Shown one piece after another: positions 1-11,231 of a DNA stretch of 64,000 nt. The stretch comes from Nemertoderma westbladi. Its lineage: Eukaryota > Animalia > Xenacoelomorpha. The translations under genes were made by a program, and so were the position numbers. The notes under the pieces are model-generated. The model worked only from the letters and a program-made list of their open reading frames with translations, was not told where the DNA came from and did not search any database. Positions within the stretch are counted from its first letter, which is position 1. The number at the start of each line of letters is the position of its first letter. The stretch is from assembly GCA_032718475.1 (NCBI GenBank), contig JAUCBJ010007275.1, forward strand, positions 1 through 64,000, read 5' to 3'.

Positions 1-323
1 ACAATAACAAAATAAAACGAATTAATAAACAAATAACCAAATTAATATTAATTAAGCCCCCCAAACTGTATGTGCGCTTATTTTCTTACAATGGGTAAGG
101 GTTGGAATGGGTTGGATTTACTTTCCTGTAATTGAACTATAGAAAAATAATTTTAAGGCCGTATGTACCTGTTTGTGCTATAGGGGGGTAATCAAATTGT
201 AAGTAGAAAAATAAGCAAAGTCTCTGATCTCCGGCTCTGGTCTCCGGTATTTTTCAAAATAATTCTCTGGGTAGGGCTCTGGTTTACCGGGATTAAGAAA
301 AACAGGTCTCTGTTTCAACTCTA
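1..323. mobile_element. Right end of a non-autonomous hAT-like element (same family as 22796-31832)
   Basis: 1-323 aligns with about 31315-31832 (without the Harbinger MITE) and ends in the TIR GTCTCTGTTTCAACTCTA, the reverse complement of TAGAGTTGAAACAGAGAC at 22796. Confidence 0.8.
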
Positions 324-2076
324 CCATACAGGGTGGTCTCAGTACCGATACCTTACTACACATTGTAGCCTACACCCTGTCAGCCTGTCGGTACCTGCAT
401 GGAAGGGGTCGAAATTCCGTACCGGTCTAAACAATTTAGTTTCATTTTCTTAATGTGTGAGTTGTATGCAGAAAAATTAGTTAAAAAAGTAAAAACAATT
501 TTTAAACTAATTTCTTGTAGTGAAACAATGTTAGAATATTTCACTGATTTTTAAAAATATTTAGTGAGAAAATTAGGATTTTATAATATAAATATACTGT
601 AATATAACGTAAACCATTGGTAGAAAACTAGTTTTATCTGAAAAATCCACCTTTTTTCAGTACATTTTGTAGCAAACAATGCAAGAAATAGTGCATTCGC
701 GCACTATTATTACTTTCCACCATTCAAATAGTGGCAGAAAATCTTTATAAAATAATTTCAATGGCAGAACCAGAAAGTACAGGCAGCTCAGTGGTCACAT
801 GTGCTGCACTATTATTTAATGAGTTCCAAATACATAGTAGTTCCATACACATTTTACATCACTGCCAATAACAGCAAATTTTCGTAAATTCAAATCCATA
901 ATATTTTAATAAAATTTGATCCAATCTAATCACAGATATGGATTTTTCTAGTAAGATACGCTCAATACCGCATTCCATACCTGTGCAACCTGGTGAAAGG
1001 GAATATTAGGCCTACTGTATTGCGTTTTTCTGTTAATCTATAAGAATGCATACACTGCTTGATTTATATAATTCGTAAAAATGATGACAATTTCTATAAA
1101 CCATTTTAATGATAATCCATTAAAATACCATCATATTGACAATTCGTCATTTTACGTACCAACTCAATGAACTCATGAAAAATTAAATTTGAAAATTGAA
1201 TTTGAAAAATTTAGAAATTGAAAATGATTGAATTTCGGTGAATTAAAATTAATGACAAAAAGTGCTTCTTTCCGATACTTTTTTTCTTATCGAGGGACAT
1301 TAGGCTACTTTTTCCACTTGTTTGGTTTTTACGAAAAATCAACTCATTTTTCCCCGATGGAGTAAGTAATTATTAGTTTTGTTTGAAAATTAAATATTGT
1401 TTTAAACACCATAACATAATTTTATTGTTAAGATTGGATTTGAGTCAAGTTTTCCCCAAGTCTTAAGCTAAATCTATATTTCGGAGAAGCCACCTTTACG
1501 AGCAATGTTCAAGTTTATTGAACATGATGAGTTATTTAATTTCATATACAGTATCCTTGTCTTACACGCATAATGTTGGGTACACGGGAAGCTGTTACAA
1601 TTTAATTATTTTAGTAGGCTGTGGACGGAAATGCTGTCAAATATGAAATGGAGACATTGGGGGGAGGGGGCTTGACGCAAACCCCATCTCAGCGAATTAA
1701 CATTTCGTCTCTTAGTGGCACGTTATTCTAACGTGCCTATATAAATGGCTCTAGGGGCCTAATCAATCATATGGTCAGAAGTGTTAATCAAGATGGGGCA
1801 TCCCGAGCCATACAAATAATGAGACTGCATTATCGCTTTACGATCTTAAAAAATATTGTTAAGAAATATATTATAATATAATTCATGTTTTTATGCTTTG
1901 AAATTAATGTATTTTTTTGTACATATAGCCAGCCTAATGTATAATAAATGTACACAGCGGACATGTAGTACAGTAGTAAGTGCAAATATGTATCGCAAAC
2001 TGTTTATTTAGGCGATAGTTGTTTATTTATTGAACCTCAATAACAAACTTTGGCCAAATTAGGTGAATTTGCAAAA

Positions 2077-3012
2077 TCAAGGTAATTTATTCCAATCTAT
2101 TGGCAGCTTTCCTTGTTCTTTTAGAAGAGTATTGGCTTTAGAAAAGTGTTTACAACCGAAGAAGCCTTTACTAGCTGATAGTGGGGAAGGATGAGGTCCG
2201 CTGAGCACGTTATGACGTTTTCTGTCGACGGACACGGCCATCTTCTGCGCATAGGCGCCCCACAACAGGAAAACAACACCGTCGAGGTTTGCGTTGATCC
2301 AAGCGATTACAGCCGACGTTAATTTCTCCCAACCCTTCCCGGCGTGTGAATTGGGTTTGTGTTCAACTACGGAGAGGCAGGCGTTGAGTAGCAGAACGCC
2401 TTGGGAAGCCCACCCGGATAGATCGCCGTGTGTCGGCCGAGTAAACCCCGGGATGTCGGAGGTCAACTCCTTGAAGATGTTACCCAGACTCGGTGGGGGT
2501 TTAACACCCTTCCTCACGGAGAAACAAAGACCGTGGGCCTGTCCCGGGCCGTGGTACGGGTCTTGTCCAAGGATCACCACCTTCACCTCGGATATATCAG
2601 AGAATTGAGTCCACGAATAAACATCCAGTGGAGGTGGATATACCGTCTTAGTTTCTCGTTCTTTTGATACGAACTCAACCAGTCTGTTAAAATAATCCTT
2701 TGTAAATTCTTTCCCCAGGGCTTTCAACCAGGAAGGGCCAACGATTTTAGCTAGCTTAACATCGTCCTTTACGGGTTCAGCTATGGCAACTTCGATTTTA
2801 GATAATTTCGCAACTTTTTGATCTTTATCGTAAAATTCTAAAAGGCTCGACTGTTTTCTTTTCGCAGCAGCGCCGGATTCTATTTCTTTGGGTTTCTTTG
2901 AACCTTTTACTGCGCTTGATTTTGGAGCAACTACTTTAGTTTTTGGCGGCATTTTGCAAGATGCACGATAAATTAAAGATATAGGGCTGAAGTTAGCAAA
3001 TGTTTTCAACAT
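2077..3012 (-). CDS. UNG: Uracil-DNA glycosylase (family 1), intronless
   Basis: 311-aa ORF with GQDPYH, GLCFSV, PPPSL, GVLLLN and HPSPLS motifs. N-terminal basic region, PIP-box QSSLLEFY (2830-2853) and a second in-frame ATG at 2952. Confidence 0.97.
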   Translation of the reverse strand: MLKTFANFSPISLIYRASCKMPPKTKVVAPKSSAVKGSKKPKEIESGAAAKRKQSSLLEFYDKDQKVAKLSKIEVAIAEPVKDDVKLAKIVGPSWLKALGKEFTKDYFNRLVEFVSKERETKTVYPPPLDVYSWTQFSDISEVKVVILGQDPYHGPGQAHGLCFSVRKGVKPPPSLGNIFKELTSDIPGFTRPTHGDLSGWASQGVLLLNACLSVVEHKPNSHAGKGWEKLTSAVIAWINANLDGVVFLLWGAYAQKMAVSVDRKRHNVLSGPHPSPLSASKGFFGCKHFSKANTLLKEQGKLPIDWNKLP

Positions 3013-4536
3013 TAAACATAACTAATAGACAGTTTGCACGCACACACCTTACTGTAATCAGGCCTTCCGCCTATCGCACACTGTGTTGCATATTTTGGTT
3101 TGATAAATTAATTTATAGAACGAATGGTGTAGAGCAGTACCTATGTATAGTGAAGAGATAAGATTTGGACTATCTTTTCTGAACTGTTAATAATTAAAAC
3201 TAAAGACTATAATTGCACTAACAAGATCAGACAGAATCAGTATTAATATGATGGTTATACTGTATATGTTGCGGATAGTTCAACTTGTAAGAGAGGTTTA
3301 CTTCACCTTAGTAATTATAAAAGTTAAACTGTTTCACGAATATGTCAACTATATGTCCCACATCGTTCTGTCCAATAACTAATTATGCAATAATTATTTT
3401 TAATACTACACAGTATTAATGTGCATACTACAAGCAGAAAATATGCTTTAAAGTTAGATAGTGGCGCAAATTGACCGCAAGGGAAATATAAAGTTCCATT
3501 TATTGTTTTGGTTAGAAATCATGGCCACTTTAATCGCATCTTTCTTTTAATGTTTTAAATTAAATTTATTTTGTAAACCGACTAAACGCGGTGGTGTTAT
3601 ATAACACCGCCGCTATGTTGGAATAAAATATAATTTGCACGATTAACACCATAAAGTACTGTAGGGCCAGAGCATAGGCAAAAGGATACAATATGAGCGT
3701 AGCGAGTATTGAATTTTGCTTTATGTTAACTTGTTTATGTTTGTTAAAAAATTGTTGTTTAAAAGATCCAATTTTTTTTTAAATTGTCAAGGGGGGGGGG
3801 GGTGGCGCGATGGGCATGCCCCCAACCCAACATCCCCCCCCCCCCCCCCCCCCACCCCAATTTCGAGACAGGGGGGAAAACTCGACGCAAAACCCTTCTT
3901 GGCGAATTAATATCCCGCCTCTATGTTAAATTCTCAATTTAGGGAGAGGAGCAGGTAACAGTGGCACGTTATTTTAACCAAAACAATAAACTAAACACAA
4001 TAGGACAGCTTACAGTTTTATTTTTGAGAGTAATCAACTGTTATTTGCGTCCAATTTCCCCTGCCCCTTTCAAAATCCACCACTATTAGAGATACTGTAA
4101 TGTGTTCTGCTCAGTTGTCAGGTGTAGCTGTACTGTCAGACTGAAGGGTATGTTTCAAAATAAAAGTAAAAACTGCAGTGCCGGTATGTTCCTTCGTTGG
4201 TTCCTATGTAACAAGAACAACTACCCAGTTGGAAATACTGCATTACAGCATTACCTGGCTAGGTTCATTATTAAATTATGAACTGTGTAGCTGTGTGTTG
4301 GTGTACTGGTGTGTACTGCTGTACTGTGCAGCTGTGGTGTACTGGTGTATAGACTGTCAGACTTTAGTACTGACAGACTGAAATGACACTTCACTATACT
4401 GCACTACCGGTAGAGCACTACTGCTTGTACTTCACCGTGCAGTGCACCTAGCACAGTAGCAGGTAGGCCTATCTCATATATGGGTATATAACTGTATAAG
4501 GGTATTTAGGCATCGCCTACATTTTAACATGTCAGC

Positions 4537-6582
4537 ATGTTGTGCAAATGTTTGTATAATTTTAACGGAATAGAACCGCAGTGCCTCTCTGTGAAAAAAG
4601 GTGAAGAGTTATTGATTATAACTAAAACTAACTGCGATTGGTGGGAGGTTAGCAGCCTCAAAGGTAATCTCGGATTTGTTCCCCGATCATATCTTCAAGA
4701 AATAGCCTCAGACACTTCAGCAAGAAAAATACTCGAATTAGAAGCTATAGACCAAGCTATTAATCACTTAAATTCTACCTCAAAATTTGCCTCAATAGGC
4801 GTAAGTAAGAAGGTATTGAGTCGATCTTTGGGTAAATTAAATGGGCAGCGTGTGAAATTGTTATCATCTCGAACTTTCCCAGTTCCCGAGAATAAACCAA
4901 ATTCCAATCAAATCGCGAATGAATCACCAGCTGTTACTAACGCGGATGACGCCAGCGTCACTAGCAGATCCACATCCCTCAATTCTGGATCTGACGAATT
5001 GGGTGGGAAATACAATAAGAAACCCGCGCCTTTACCACCTTCCAGTCCTGCGGTCTGTAGGGCCGTTTCGGAATCACGTCGTTCGCGAAGTGTAGAAACT
5101 TTACTAAGCGATCGTCCAACTCCAACAAAGGTTCATCTCCCGCCGTTAGTCGGCAAACCTCCTTCTAACGCCAACCACAGGAACTCGTCGGCTAGCGATG
5201 AAACGAATCCCGAAGAGTTGACCCTCAACACGTTTATATTTGCGAGCGAAGTACATCGCGATCCCATCCCACCGGACAAATCAATGGATCCACGAACGAT
5301 CGATTCAGTTGATGGTAAACCGATAATCAATATCCCAGATGATATCGGCGCGTCTCTCGTCGAATTAGTCCGAAACGAAACGAAACTGAATTACAGTAAA
5401 TCCCAGATGGTCGTCAAGTCTATTCTGAACCGTATTCGTCGAGAAGTGAACCCGATCGCTTCCGTTCTCGACGACATTCTGTCTCAGATCGCCGCCTCCC
5501 ACAACAACAACTCGGAACAAAACTACACGACTAAAGACGAAGAAACCCTAATTTATTTATTCCACAAGATTAAACTAGTTTCCGAGGATTTTAACCAACT
5601 CGGTTGGTCTGTTTCTAACGATGAATTAGATATTCTCGACGTTTTAAACAGTCTCCATCAAGTTGTACGAGACGCGAACCCGGAAATGGTGAAACGATTG
5701 GTTCTCGAGGACAAACAGGAGCGAGTAACGCGTTTACTCGGCTACTTCCACGGCGAGCAGAGGGGGAAACTCTCAAACAAACTCATCGATATCTTTCTGA
5801 CGCTGGGCCGCGTCCATCCCTCGGTTATATCCAACATGGTAACGAGCGGGTTGGTTACAGTGGAGACAGTCCGTAGACTCACCGCTAACACACCCTATGA
5901 CGTCACACTGTGCGCCAGTCTACTAGCGATGCTTTTAGGTTCCGGTGAGAAATTCCTCGTTACAGATTTTGACCATTTCGACGTGAATCTCGTTGATTAT
6001 TCTTTGCAACTCCTCGAGGTGGAAGACAATAAAAGCAACGGCGACGAAGAGCTCATTGAGAATCTTATCAACTTTATAATCGCTCTGAATCTTCAGTTTG
6101 AGTTGCCGAGTTGCAACGTCGTTATGAACGCGTTCAGTAACGAACCCCGCTCGCTTTCCGCTGTCCACTGCTTCCATCAACGATTGTTTATGTTGTTCAA
6201 TCGGGGTACCGACCCCTTGGAGGCCGATCGGCCTCCGAGCACCGTGGCCGATCGGCCGCATTCCGTTATGAAGATGATGAACGATCTCTTTAGCAAGGCG
6301 GATACCTGCAATTTGTTCTACACTAACGATGTTAAAGTGGTTCTCGATGTTGCGATTCGCAATGTTGTTGATTGCGAGCCCAGCGACGCAATGCGAACGG
6401 AGAACTTGTCTTTGATTCATCTTATATTGAGGAATGCGGAATATTTCGAGCATTGCCATCGGCTGGATGAGTTGAAGGGATTAGTTAGAAGCATCGCTTT
6501 GGAAGATGATGAATCCCCACAAACATCTATGAATAAATACATCGTAAAAGAGATTAACAGAGAATTCCCACAGCATTTTTGA
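4537..6582 (+). CDS. NCKIPSD: NCK-interacting protein with SH3 domain (SPIN90/WISH/DIP family, Arp2/3 activator), intronless CDS
   Basis: 681 aa: N-terminal SH3 (LYNF...LSVKKGE...DWW...GFVPRSYL), Pro/Ser-rich linker (KKPAPLPP), and a C-terminal SPIN90/Ldb17-type domain with FYTNDVKVVLDV. Confidence 0.88.
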   Translation: MLCKCLYNFNGIEPQCLSVKKGEELLIITKTNCDWWEVSSLKGNLGFVPRSYLQEIASDTSARKILELEAIDQAINHLNSTSKFASIGVSKKVLSRSLGKLNGQRVKLLSSRTFPVPENKPNSNQIANESPAVTNADDASVTSRSTSLNSGSDELGGKYNKKPAPLPPSSPAVCRAVSESRRSRSVETLLSDRPTPTKVHLPPLVGKPPSNANHRNSSASDETNPEELTLNTFIFASEVHRDPIPPDKSMDPRTIDSVDGKPIINIPDDIGASLVELVRNETKLNYSKSQMVVKSILNRIRREVNPIASVLDDILSQIAASHNNNSEQNYTTKDEETLIYLFHKIKLVSEDFNQLGWSVSNDELDILDVLNSLHQVVRDANPEMVKRLVLEDKQERVTRLLGYFHGEQRGKLSNKLIDIFLTLGRVHPSVISNMVTSGLVTVETVRRLTANTPYDVTLCASLLAMLLGSGEKFLVTDFDHFDVNLVDYSLQLLEVEDNKSNGDEELIENLINFIIALNLQFELPSCNVVMNAFSNEPRSLSAVHCFHQRLFMLFNRGTDPLEADRPPSTVADRPHSVMKMMNDLFSKADTCNLFYTNDVKVVLDVAIRNVVDCEPSDAMRTENLSLIHLILRNAEYFEHCHRLDELKGLVRSIALEDDESPQTSMNKYIVKEINREFPQHF

Positions 6583-7711
6583 GTTACAATATATTCGTGT
6601 TTGATATTCCGAGGTACAGTATATGTAATCACAAATATAATATTTATATATTGGTATTTTAATTTAAACGAAACATTCCTTACAAACCGACTGGATGTAC
6701 TGAAAAATAATATAAAAATGAAATATTTTGAAAATTGAATATAATAAATTGTATAATTAATCATTAGGCTACAATATTAGTACAACAATCAACTTATACA
6801 GGTATATGAATAAGTGTTATATTAACTGAACACCATATCCAGTAATGTTGTGTCTTTAGAGATAATTTAACCATCTGTTTCTTAAACAAATCGCGACGCA
6901 TTCCATTAATTTTGGTGATTCATCGATTTTGCGAGAGGAATAAACTATATAATTTCTTAAATTCAGTATTATATTCGGATTTGTTTAAATTTAAATAAGG
7001 TTATCAACGAGGTTATCGACAACTTTTACTTTGTTGAGAGACTCTCCGGATTAATTTGGTATTTTTCTTGCAATAACATTTTAGTTACTAAGTAGGCGTT
7101 ACATTCTTACCATTCACGTGATGCACAGCACATTTCGCAGTTAGATTTTGCTCACGAGTGCGAACTATTTACAGCTCTTCTTGCTGTAATACAAATACAA
7201 CATACTCGATTGTTCAATATGATAAATGTTAAATATTTGTTATAAATTTGTGTATAAATTGTAATTTCCATTGTATTGTATGATTGATGGTTATTATTGG
7301 TAAAATATTATTAATAACAGTGTTACCTTTCCTATCTTAAGTTAATGTGTACATTAGTTACAGTATATAGTATATATTTGATATTATTCCAATCCTTATA
7401 AAGTAAGTAAAAACTATCGCTGGTAGGTTTCAGATTCTTAAATAATTATTATTTACATTATTGGAAATAAAATAGAACATTATTTCCACTCTGCTCGATA
7501 TTTTTATATGACAACCTAAGCGAGTCATATAAAGGATACATTTCATTGTGAAAATAATGACATTCTATATTTTTTTGTCTTTTCTCATGCAATATATAAT
7601 TTTATTTTGCTTTGTTAAATTAATTTTCACGTGAAAAACTTTTTATTAATTGAATTTGAATACATTTCCGATTGAGACGTGGGACAAATTGTATGTATAA
7701 TTTTAGCAGTT

Positions 7712-10700
7712 ACAGTCCGTCACGTGTCACGTTGCAGTCACTCACGTGTCACGTTGCAGTCAGTCGGGTATCACGTTGCAGTCTGTCACGTTCCAGTCAG
7801 TCACGTTGCAGTCAGTCACGAGTCACGTTGCAGTCACTCACGTGTCACGTTGCAGTCAGTCACGTGTCACGCTGTAGTCAGTCACGTGTCACGTTGCAGT
7901 CACTCACGTGTCACGTTGCAGTCAGTCACATGTCAAGTTGCAGTCACTCACGTGTCACGTTGCAGTCAGTCAGGTATCACGCTGCAGTCAGTCACGTGTC
8001 ACGTTGCAGTCAGTCACGTGTCACGTTGCAGTCAGTCACGTGTCACGTTGCAGTCAGTCACGTTGCAATCACTCACGTGTCACGTTGCAGACAGTAACGT
8101 GTCACGTTGCAGACAGTCACGTGTCACTTTGCAGTCACTCACGCGTCACGTTGCAGTCAGCCACGTGTCACGCAGCAGTCAGTCACGTGTCACGTTGCAG
8201 TCACTCACGTGTCACGTTGCAGTCAGTCACGTGTCACGTTGCAGTCAGTCACGTGTCACGTTGAAGTCAGTCAGGTGTCACTCTGCAGTCAGTCACGTGT
8301 CACGTTGCAGTCAGTCACGTGTCACGTTGCAGTCAGTCACGTGTCACGTTGTAGTTAGTCATGTGTCACGTTGCAGTCAGTCACGTGTCACGTTGCAGTC
8401 AGTCATGTGTCACGTTGCAGTCAGTCACGTGTCAACTTGCAGTCAGTCACGTGTCACGTTGTAGTCAGTCATGTGTCACGTTGCAGTCAGTCACGTGTCA
8501 CGTTGCAGTCTGTCACGTTTCAGTCAGTAACGTGTCACGTTGCAGTCACTCACGTGTCACGTTGCAGTCACTCACGTGTCACGATGCAGTCAGTCACGTG
8601 TGACGCTGCAGTCAGTCAATGTGGTCTCAACGCTGCAGTCAATCACGTGTCACGTTGCAGTCACTCTCGTGTCACGTTGCAGTCAGTCACGTGTCACGTT
8701 GCAGTCAGTCACGTGTCACGTTGTAGTCAGTCATGTGTCACGTTGCAGTCAGTCACGTGTCACGTTGCAGTCAGTCACGTGTCACGTTGTAGTCAGTCAT
8801 GTGTCACGTTGCAGTCAGTCACGTGTCACGTTGCAGTCAGTCACGTGTCACGTTGTAGTCAGTCATGTGTCACGTTGCAGTCAGTCACGTGTCACGTTGC
8901 AGTCAGTCACGTGTCACGTTGTAGTCAGTCATGTGTCACGTTGCAGTCAGTCACGTGTCACGTTGCAGTCAGTCACGTGTCACGTTGCAGTCAGTCACGT
9001 GTCACGTTGCAGTCAGTCACGTGTCACGTTGCAGTCACTCACCTGTCACGTTGCAGTCAGTCACGTGTGACGCTGCAGTCAGTCAATGTGGTGTCAACGC
9101 TGCAGTCAATCACGTGTCACGTTGCAGTCACTCTCGTGTCACGTTGCAGTCAGTCACGTGTCACGTTGCAGTCAGTCACGTGTCACGTTGCAGTCAGTCA
9201 TGTGTCACGTTGCAGTCAGTCACGTGTCACGTTGCAGTCAGTCACGTGTCACGTTGCAGTCAGTCACGTGTCACGTTGCAGTCAGTCACGTGTCACGTTG
9301 CAGTCAGTCACGTGTCACGTTGCAGTCAGTCACGTGTGACGCTGCAGTCAATCACGTGTCATGTTGCAGTCACTCTCGTGTCACGTTGCAGTCAGTCACG
9401 TGTCACGCTGCAGTCAGTCACGTGTCACGTTGCAGTCCCTCACGTGTCACGTTGCTGTCAGTCACGTGTCACGCTGCAGTCAGTCACGTGTCACGTTGCA
9501 GTCACTCACGTGTCACATTGCAGTCAGTCACGTGTCACGTTGCAGTCAGTCACGTGCCACGTTGCAGTCACTCACGTGTCACGTTGCAGCCAGTTACGTG
9601 TCACGTTGCAGTCACTCATGTGTCACGTTGCAATCACTCACGTGTCACGTTGCAGTCAGTCACGTGTCACGTTGCAGTCAGTCACGTGTCACGTTACAGT
9701 CAGTCACGTGTCACGTTGCAGTCTCTCACGTGTCACTTTGGAGTCAGTCACGTGTCACGCTGCAGTCAGTCACGTGTCACGTTGCAGTCAGTTACATGTC
9801 ACGTTGCAGTCACTCACGTGTCACGTTGCAGTCAGTCGCGTGTCACGCTGTAGTCAGTTACGTGTCAAGTTGTTGTCACTCACGTGTCACGTTGCAGCCA
9901 CTCACGTGTCACGTTGCAGTCACTCACGAGTCACGTTGCAGTCTGTCACGTGTCACGTTGCAGTCAGTCACTTGTCACGCTGCAGTCAGTCACGTGTCAC
10001 GTTGCAGTCAGTCACGTGTCACGTTCAGTCAGTCACGTGTCACGTTGCAGTCAGTCACGTGTCACGTTGCAGTCAGTCACGTGTCACGTTGCAGTCAGTC
10101 ACGTGTCACGTTGCAGTCAGTCACGTGTCACGTTGCAGTCAGTCACGTGTCACAGTGCAGTCAGTCACATGTCACGTTGCAGTCAGTCACGTGTCACGTT
10201 GCAGTCAGTCACGTGTCACGTTGCAGTTAGTCACGTGTAACGTTGCAGTCAGTCACGTGTCACGTTGCAGTCAGTCATGTGTCACGTTGCAGTCAGTCAC
10301 GTGTCACGTTGCAGTCAGTCACGTGTGACGCTGCAGTCAGTCACGTGTCACGCTGCAGTCAATCACGTGTCACGTTGCAGTCACTCTCGTGTCACGTTGC
10401 AGTCAGTCACGTGTCACGCGGCAGTCAGTCACGTGTCACGTTGCAGTCCCTCACGTGTCACGTTGCTGTCAGTCACGTGTCACGCTGCAGTCAGTCTCGT
10501 ATCACGTTGCAGTCACTCACGTGTCACGTTGCAGTGAGTCACGTGTCACGTTGCATTCACTCACGTGTCACATTGCAGTCAGTCACGTATCACGTTGCAG
10601 TCAGTCACGTGCCACGTTGCCGTCACTCACGTGTCACGTTGCAGTGAATCACGTGTCACGTTGCAGTGAGTCACGTGGCATTCACTCACGTGTCACGTTG

Positions 10701-11231
10701 CAGTCAGTCACGTGTCACGTTGCAGTTAGTCACGTGTCACGCTGCAGTCAGTCACGTGTCACGTTTCAGTCACTCACGTGTCACGTTGCAGTCAGTCACG
10801 TTGCAGTCAGTCACGTGTCACGTTGCAGTCACTCACGTGTCACGTTGCAGTCAGTCACGTTGCAGTCAATCACGTCTCACGTTGCAGTCACTCACGTGTC
10901 ACGCTGCAGTCAGTCACGTGTCACGTTGCAGTCACTCGCGTGTCACGTTGCAGTCAGTCACGTGTCACGCTGCAGTCAGTCACGTGTCACGTTGCAGTCA
11001 GTCACGTGTCACGTTGCAGTCAGTCACGTTGCAGTCAATCACGTCTCATGTTGCAGTCACTCACGTGTCACGCTGCAGTCAGTCACGTGTCACGTTGCAG
11101 TCACTCGCGTGTCACGTTGCAGTCAGTCACGTGTCACGCTGCAGTCAGTCACGTGTCATGTTGCAGTCACTCACGTGTCACGTTGCAGTCAGTCACGTGT
11201 CACGTTGCAGTCACTCACGAGTCACGTTGCG
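7712..11231. repeat. 22-bp tandem satellite, consensus CAGTCAGTCACGTGTCACGTTG, about 160 copies
   Basis: Direct tandem periodicity; the 22-aa period of the spurious ORFs (66 nt = 3 units) confirms the 22-nt unit. Confidence 0.98.

Noticed and set aside
2077-3012. Viral or horizontally acquired bacterial UNG
   Set aside because: Eukaryote-type N-terminal extension with PIP-box; neighbouring host genes are also intronless; no viral genes nearby.
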